Source of the DNA: Gammaproteobacteria bacterium
Lineage (GTDB): Bacteria; Pseudomonadota; Gammaproteobacteria; JAUIAT01
Assembly (NCBI GenBank): GCA_030425295.1
Contig: JAUIAT010000005.1
Coordinates: 8,784-72,783, forward strand
Reading direction: 5' to 3'
Length of the DNA stretch: 64,000 bases
Part shown: piece by piece, positions 58,150 through 64,000 of the stretch
Numbering within the stretch: position 1 is the first letter of the stretch
How the letters are laid out: each line of letters begins with the position of its first letter
The notes under the pieces: generated by a model
The model's database searches: none
Told to the model about the DNA's origin: nothing
Seen by the model: only the letters and a program-made list of their open reading frames with translations
Position numbers and translations under genes: made by a program

Positions 58150-59793
58150 ATGCCAAAAGTTTTTGATCAAAATAAAACATGGCCCACCCTATGCACTCTC
58201 GCAGCAATGCTGCTAACTTTCTCCATTATTACAATTATATTCTCACCTACCTGGCTTGATTTTGTTTATGAGCCTGTTCAACAGTTCTATATGAATGTTA
58301 GCTGGCACTTTTGGAAATATGGAAATTGGCTTGTCCCTCACGACGAAACAGGTGTATATATCTACAAGCCTCCAATGCAATTTTGGCTAACAACCTTACT
58401 GTGGAGTGTATTTGGCGTAAAGCCTTGGACCTTAAGAATTTTCTCTACAATATTTGCAATTTTAACAACAATCATTGTGACAACAGCGTACAATCGACTT
58501 TACCCAAAAGCAAAAATTAATGCCTCTTTACCAGCAATATTTTTACTTGGCAGCTATTATTTTTTTCATACAGCAATATACTATAAACAAGACATGCTTC
58601 TAACATGCTTCACCGCCCTTACAATACTAGGAGTAATTGAAGCTGGAACCAAAAGACAGTTACTTGGCTGGCTAATTTTTACTGCAGGAAGTATTGGTGC
58701 TCTTCTAACTAAAGGTCCAGTGGTTTGGTTATATGCTCTACCTATAGCAATAATCTGGCCGTATTTTGACAAGAGCATTGAGTCTTTAAAAACTTGGTAT
58801 ATAGGTTTGTTTAGTGCTTGCGTAATTTCTGGCCTTAGCATGTTAATTTGGCTCATACCTCTGTCTCATGCATTAGACCTTAAACTACTTCAATATATTA
58901 AAGAAGTAGGTTTTTCCCACAACCTCCATCACTCACCTAAGCCATGGTATAGATATTTTATTTTGCTCCCAACAATGCTTCTAATATGGACCGTCCACCC
59001 ATATTTCTGGAAATGTGTAATTAAGTTTAATGAATTGCAAAAAGATTGGAAAATGAGGCTAATTGCTACAAGCATTTTAATTCCACTTATCATTATGACC
59101 TTGATTCCTGCAAAGGAATCACGTTATATAATGCCTCTATTCATATTAATTGGAGTATTTTTTGCACAAATAGCAATAAAAATTGAAAATAAAAACTCAA
59201 CAAACTTTTATCTTGCAAGATACAGGGCGTTTAACTTAGTTATGTCAATTTTTTCGATGTTATCTGCAGTATGTATTCTTTTACTAACAAAGAGCCTGAT
59301 CGTTAAAATAGGCGCTAATATGCCACCGTCAAGAATTGCTTTTACTCTTGCTATATGCAGCATACTCTGGCTTTGTTTATATCTAATTAGAACTAAAAAT
59401 CTCGTGCCATATCTTCTTACTCAAGTTGCAGGAGTGCTCATATTAACCATCCCATTTGCAACGCTAGTGCTACCATCCAAACAAAAAGAATCAAAACTGC
59501 GACCATTTGCCAAATGCCTGAAAAATTTATACCAAAGCAAAAACCCAATGGCATATTATAAAAATCAACTAGGATATCTTAATGTTGTCGCAACAGAACT
59601 TCCTCCTGGGCCAGTTTTCCAAAATGAAGAAGGCTTAAGTAAGTGGAGAAAAGAAAATTCTAGTGGTTTTGTTATTTACAAAATAAAACAATCAAAAAAA
59701 ATTACTACAAATGGGATACTTTGTGACTTCAAAACCACAAAAAAAAATAGATATTTTGTTTGCCCATCAACTTTAGAGTGTGAAAAATTATGA
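58150..59793 (+). CDS. GT39/GT83-type polyprenyl-phosphate-dependent glycosyltransferase (ArnT/PMT-like)
   Basis: 547-aa polytopic protein with the N-terminal loop motif YKPPMQFWL. Confidence 0.75.
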   Translation: MPKVFDQNKTWPTLCTLAAMLLTFSIITIIFSPTWLDFVYEPVQQFYMNVSWHFWKYGNWLVPHDETGVYIYKPPMQFWLTTLLWSVFGVKPWTLRIFSTIFAILTTIIVTTAYNRLYPKAKINASLPAIFLLGSYYFFHTAIYYKQDMLLTCFTALTILGVIEAGTKRQLLGWLIFTAGSIGALLTKGPVVWLYALPIAIIWPYFDKSIESLKTWYIGLFSACVISGLSMLIWLIPLSHALDLKLLQYIKEVGFSHNLHHSPKPWYRYFILLPTMLLIWTVHPYFWKCVIKFNELQKDWKMRLIATSILIPLIIMTLIPAKESRYIMPLFILIGVFFAQIAIKIENKNSTNFYLARYRAFNLVMSIFSMLSAVCILLLTKSLIVKIGANMPPSRIAFTLAICSILWLCLYLIRTKNLVPYLLTQVAGVLILTIPFATLVLPSKQKESKLRPFAKCLKNLYQSKNPMAYYKNQLGYLNVVATELPPGPVFQNEEGLSKWRKENSSGFVIYKIKQSKKITTNGILCDFKTTKKNRYFVCPSTLECEKL

Positions 59794-60527
59794 AATTATC
59801 AGTTGTAATACCTATGTTTAATGAGGCAGAAAATGCTGAAAATTTAGTTTCTGAAGTAAATAGCGCCCTTGAAAACATTGACCACGAAATAGTTATAGTT
59901 GATGACAAAAGCACAGACAATACTGCTGAAATATTAAAAAAATTGCAGAGCAAATTCTCTCAATTAAAAGTGGTTTGCCACAAAATTAATTCAGGACAAA
60001 GCACAGCCATTGCAACGGGCGTAATAAATGCATCAAATGATACCATTGCAACCTTAGATGGCGATGGACAAAACCCACCAGATCAAATAATTAATTTATT
60101 AATGACTGCCGAGAAAACTTCTGGTTCTGTAGAAAAAGCTGTAGAAAATTACTTATTTGCAGGGCACAGACAAAAACGCAAAGACAACTTACTAAAGCTT
60201 ATTTCATCAAAGCTTGGCAATGGGATTCGAAGATCATTACTAAAAGATGATTGTCCAGACACTGGCTGCGGCTTAAAACTATTTAGCAAAAAAGTATTTT
60301 CAAGCATACCTCACTTTAACCATATGCACCGCTATTTACCTGCCTTATTTAAAAGACAAGGTCTTGGAGTCGTTAATGTTCCTATATCACACAGATCCAG
60401 AGAATTTGGGAAATCTAAATATGGTTTCTGGGGGCGCCTAAAAGTTGGAATTTTTGATCTTTTTGGTGTAGCATGGCTAATTCGTCGTCCATGTAATGAA
60501 CACAGAATTAAAGAAAATGCTCAGTAA
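59790..60527 (+). CDS. GT2 polyprenyl-phosphate glycosyltransferase (ArnC/DPM1-like)
   Basis: LSVVIPMFNEAENA, VDDKSTDNT and DGDGQNPP motifs. ATGA overlap with the upstream gene. Confidence 0.85.
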   Translation: MKLSVVIPMFNEAENAENLVSEVNSALENIDHEIVIVDDKSTDNTAEILKKLQSKFSQLKVVCHKINSGQSTAIATGVINASNDTIATLDGDGQNPPDQIINLLMTAEKTSGSVEKAVENYLFAGHRQKRKDNLLKLISSKLGNGIRRSLLKDDCPDTGCGLKLFSKKVFSSIPHFNHMHRYLPALFKRQGLGVVNVPISHRSREFGKSKYGFWGRLKVGIFDLFGVAWLIRRPCNEHRIKENAQ

Positions 60528-60801
60528 TTTAATGACAATAAACGGCATTTGGATCACAATCGGCCTCTTAGGGCAGTTGATGTTTTCAATGCGCTTTGTG
60601 ATACAGTGGCTGGTTAGTGAAAAGCATAAAAAAAGCATCATACCTGAAGCTTTTTGGTACTTTAGCCTAGCTGGTGGAATAATACTATTTTCATACGCCG
60701 TTCATATCAAAGATCCAGTATTTATTTTAGGCCAAAGTATTGGTATTTTTATATACCTACGAAACATTTATTTTATTAAGAAGCAAAAAGTTACGGCATG
60801 A
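60496..60801 (+). CDS. lipid-A-disaccharide-synthase N-terminal (LAB_N) domain membrane protein
   Basis: GQLMFSMRFVIQWLVSEKHKKS...FWYFSLAGG...ILGQ is the LAB_N pattern. The true start may be the ATG at 60517 or 60532. Confidence 0.7.
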   Translation: MNTELKKMLSNLMTINGIWITIGLLGQLMFSMRFVIQWLVSEKHKKSIIPEAFWYFSLAGGIILFSYAVHIKDPVFILGQSIGIFIYLRNIYFIKKQKVTA

Positions 60802-62090
60802 GAAACAATACTTCCAACATTTCAAGAGCATATATTATTTGGTTTTTAGGGGCACTGTTCTTCCTACTCGAATATTTTATCCGAGTATCTCCTGGGGTTA
60901 TCACAAAAGATCTAATGCACGACTTAAACATTCATGCAGAAATGTTGGGCTGGTTATTTGCATTTTTCTACTATGCTTATGTGCTTATGCAGCTTCCTGT
61001 AGGAACTCTAGTTGATAGGTTTGGACCACGAAGATTACTTGTCGGCGCGACTATAATGTGCTCTTTTGCATGCTTTTTGTTTGCCATCATGCCAAACATT
61101 CATGTTGGATTAATGAGTCGTGCTCTCATGGGAATAAGTGCTTCATTTGCCTTTGTAAGCACATTAAAATTAGTATCGATATGGTTTGAACCTAAAAGAT
61201 TTGCCCTACTTGCTGGAGTAACTCAAGCTATGGGAATGGTAGGCGCAATTCTTGGAAACGCTCCGATTGCATATCTATTTAATGCATTAGGGTGGCGACA
61301 AAGCATGGGAATAGTTTCATTAGTATTTATATTATTAGGAATATTAATGTTTGCTGTAATTCGTGATCAAGACCCATCAAAATCTAATCATGCAGTCGAC
61401 CACGAAAACCCTATTAAAATTCTGCCAAATATTAAGCATGTTATTCTAAATAGAAACACAATGCTTAACTGTCTATTTATAGGCTTACTTTTTGGACCAA
61501 CAGCAAGCTTTGGTGAACAATGGGGAGCTTCATTCTTGTCTTCAGCTTATGGAATAAACAATACAACAGCAGGAGCTGAAATTAGCGCTATTTTTATTGG
61601 TCTAGCAATAGGCTGCCCTCTTATGGGATGGATATCTGACAAACTTGAAACTAGAGTACAACCAATGAAAGTCGCAGCCTTAGTTTGCCTAGTACTTCTG
61701 ACATCAATTCTTTATAACCAACAGCTCGGGCTAAGCTTTATGCAAAACCCTAAAGCTAGATATGCAGCCTTTTTTGTCTATGGATTGTTTAATTCTGGAA
61801 TTGTTGCTTCGTACGCTTACGCTTCTGAAATTAACCCGCACAGACTAACAGGTATAGCCCTAGGTGTAGCAAATATGGCATCTGTAATTCTTGGGTCAGT
61901 TCTACTACCTATTATTGGCTATATTTTAAAGTGGCATCAAAGTTTGAGCGCGTCAGGAACCCCTATTTATTCGGTACATGACTATCAAATTGCATTTAGC
62001 GCTTTGCCAGTTTGTTTAATTATTGCATTTTTGATAAGTTTCACATTAAAAGAAACTCATTGCTCAAGAGTTGAAGATATAACAAACTGA
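60798..62090 (+). CDS. MFS transporter
   Basis: 430 aa, 12 helices, motif GTLVDRFGPRRLL. ATGA overlap with the upstream gene. Confidence 0.85.
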   Translation: MRNNTSNISRAYIIWFLGALFFLLEYFIRVSPGVITKDLMHDLNIHAEMLGWLFAFFYYAYVLMQLPVGTLVDRFGPRRLLVGATIMCSFACFLFAIMPNIHVGLMSRALMGISASFAFVSTLKLVSIWFEPKRFALLAGVTQAMGMVGAILGNAPIAYLFNALGWRQSMGIVSLVFILLGILMFAVIRDQDPSKSNHAVDHENPIKILPNIKHVILNRNTMLNCLFIGLLFGPTASFGEQWGASFLSSAYGINNTTAGAEISAIFIGLAIGCPLMGWISDKLETRVQPMKVAALVCLVLLTSILYNQQLGLSFMQNPKARYAAFFVYGLFNSGIVASYAYASEINPHRLTGIALGVANMASVILGSVLLPIIGYILKWHQSLSASGTPIYSVHDYQIAFSALPVCLIIAFLISFTLKETHCSRVEDITN

Positions 62091-62150
62091 TGTTAAGCAA
62101 AAAGGCGAAGACTGCGTAACATCAGTAACTAATTAATCTAGGAACCCCCC

Positions 62151-63344
62151 ATGAGAGAACAATTTTATTCAGATCTTGAAAAAGAACTAGAAAATCTAAA
62201 AGAAAACGGATTATTTAAAGAAGAACGCATAATTGCCTCACCTCAAAACTCAAAGATTTTTTTAGAGGGTGGCGCTAAAGTTCTAAATTTTTGTGCTAAT
62301 AACTACTTGGGTCTTGCTAACAACCAAGAGCTAGTTCATGCCGGACAAAAATACCTTGAAGAATTCGGTTTCGGTTTATCTTCAGTAAGGTTTATTTGTG
62401 GCACTCAAACTATTCACAGAAAGCTTGAAAATAAAGTAAGTGAATTTTTGGGCACAGAAGATACTATTCTTTATACGTCTTGCTTTGATGCTAATGGGGG
62501 CCTGTTTGGCACCGTTTTAACAGCAGAAGATGCGATCATCAGCGACCAATTAAACCATGCCAGCATTATTGATGGAGTAAGACTTTGCAAAGCTAAAAGA
62601 TTTCGATACAAAAATAGTGATATGAGCGACCTTGAGGCTCAACTTAAGGCTGCCGATGAAGATGGGGCTCGCTATAAAATGATAGCCACTGATGGTGTAT
62701 TCTCAATGGATGGTTTTATTGCGAAACTTCCTGAAATCTGTGACCTTGCTGATAAATACGATGCTTTAGTAATGGTTGATGATTCACATGCTACAGGTTT
62801 TGTTGGTGGAAAAGGTAAAGGCACCCCAGAATATCATGGAGTAATGGATAAAATAGATATAATTACAAGCACATTCGGCAAGGCTCTTGGTGGAGCTACA
62901 GGTGGATTTACCAGTGGTCGGCAACCTTTAGTTGAGATGTTACGCCAAAGATCTCGCCCATATCTGTTCTCTAACTCACTAGCACCTGTTGTTGCCGCAA
63001 CCTCTCTTAAAGCTTTAGAGCTTATAGAATCATCAGATGATTTGCGAATTAACCTAAATAACAACAGCAAACTATTTAGATCACAAATGACTAAACTAGG
63101 TTTTGATCTACTGCCTGGGGATCACCCAATTATTCCAGTTATGTTGTATGATGAAGTTAAAGCTGTTGAAATGGCAGACAAACTATTAGAACACGGAATT
63201 TATGTTATTGCCTTCTCTTACCCTGTAGTACCAAAAGGAGAAGCTAGAATTCGCGTTCAAATTTCTGCTGCACATACAACACAGCAAATAGAGAAAGCAG
63301 TAGAAGCGTTTGCAACTGTTGGTAGAAATATGGGAGTCATCTAA
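62151..63344 (+). CDS. kbl: glycine C-acetyltransferase (2-amino-3-ketobutyrate CoA ligase)
   Basis: PLP-dependent class II aminotransferase fold with the PLP-lysine region [10 protein letters not shown]. Followed directly by tdh. Confidence 0.92.
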   Translation: MREQFYSDLEKELENLKENGLFKEERIIASPQNSKIFLEGGAKVLNFCANNYLGLANNQELVHAGQKYLEEFGFGLSSVRFICGTQTIHRKLENKVSEFLGTEDTILYTSCFDANGGLFGTVLTAEDAIISDQLNHASIIDGVRLCKAKRFRYKNSDMSDLEAQLKAADEDGARYKMIATDGVFSMDGFIAKLPEICDLADKYDALVMVDDSHATGFVGGKGKGTPEYHGVMDKIDIITSTFGKALGGATGGFTSGRQPLVEMLRQRSRPYLFSNSLAPVVAATSLKALELIESSDDLRINLNNNSKLFRSQMTKLGFDLLPGDHPIIPVMLYDEVKAVEMADKLLEHGIYVIAFSYPVVPKGEARIRVQISAAHTTQQIEKAVEAFATVGRNMGVI

Positions 63345-63345
63345 A

Positions 63346-64000
63346 ATGGCAATGATGGACGTATTAAGCAAACTTGAACCTAAACAAGGCATTTGGCTAC
63401 AGCAAGACATAGTGCCAAAAGTCGGACCACGTGACGTCCTCATAAAAATCAAAAAAACTGCAATTTGTGGGACTGACCTTCATATTTATAAATGGGATAA
63501 CTGGGCACAAAACACAATTCCTATTCCTCTGACTGTGGGGCATGAATATGTTGGTGAAATTGTTGAACTTGGTCGAGATGTTCACGAATTTCATATTGGA
63601 GATAGAGTTTCAGGAGAAGGGCATATAACGTGCGGATTTTGTAGAAATTGCCGTGCAGGTCGCCGCCATCTTTGTCGTAACACAATGGGAGTTGGTGTCG
63701 AACGTCCTGGCGCATTCGCAGAATATTTAGCTATTCCTGCGTTTAATGCATTTAAAGTTCCATCCAGCATTCCAGATGACTTAGTATCTATATTTGATCC
63801 ATTTGGAAATGCAGTTCATATGACCCTATCTTTCGATGTTGTCGGTGAAGATGTTCTTATAACTGGTGCTGGGCCTATTGGTATTATGGCTGCAGCAATT
63901 TGTCGTCATATTGGAGCTAGAAAGATCATTATAACTGACGTCAACAAATACCGCCTTGATCTTGCCAGCAAGTTTGATATTACTGAAGCTGTTGATGTTT
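63346..64000 (+). CDS. tdh: L-threonine 3-dehydrogenase (N-terminal part; continues past the window)
   Basis: Hand translation gives [20 protein letters not shown]...ICGTDLHIY...[12 protein letters not shown]...[15 protein letters not shown]...[13 protein letters not shown]. These are zinc-ADH motifs characteristic of Tdh. Confidence 0.92.
   Translation, partial: MAMMDVLSKLEPKQGIWLQQDIVPKVGPRDVLIKIKKTAICGTDLHIYKWDNWAQNTIPIPLTVGHEYVGEIVELGRDVHEFHIGDRVSGEGHITCGFCRNCRAGRRHLCRNTMGVGVERPGAFAEYLAIPAFNAFKVPSSIPDDLVSIFDPFGNAVHMTLSFDVVGEDVLITGAGPIGIMAAAICRHIGARKIIITDVNKYRLDLASKFDITEAVDV

Overview
AT-rich gammaproteobacterial chromosomal segment. The gene content fits a Legionellales-type, host- or amoeba-associated organism: a DotU/IcmH-IcmF pair, fis, many c-di-GMP enzymes, eukaryote-like enzymes and effector-like orphan genes. 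This taxon call is an inference, not a verified result. About 50 protein genes and one tRNA are supported. Housekeeping genes include aceE-aceF-lpdA, adk, ffh, lysS, prfB (with its programmed +1 frameshift), tRNA-Lys, aroK, mrcA, fis and kbl-tdh. The best candidates for an undescribed system are: (1) a tightly packed minus-strand operon at 16.1-25.2 kb. It encodes a hybrid histidine kinase, CheR, a REC-less CheB and two REC-GGDEF-EAL proteins, with no MCP, CheA or CheW in the window. The kinase carries a heptad array of xxxEELx repeats that could be the methylation substrate. (2) A redox trio at 34.5-38.9 kb: a heme-oxygenase-like di-iron protein with a very Trp-rich tail, a cytokinin-oxidase-like flavoenzyme, and a divergent two-Rossmann flavoprotein. 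(3) An 852-aa orphan with a SopB/IpgD-like CX5R motif (CISGKDR) and a C-terminal hydrophobic anchor, which is a candidate phosphoinositide-phosphatase effector. Other notable items: a GIY-YIG gene in nested inverted repeats that splits the conserved prfB-lysS pair, at least three dispersed MITE/REP-like repeat families, a LOV-like PAS domain in a KfrA_N-PAS-GGDEF-EAL protein, a DotU that lacks its membrane anchor, and a reduced pil cluster without pilM. No CRISPR array, rRNA or classical IS transposase was seen. All homology calls come from motif recognition by eye. No database search was run.
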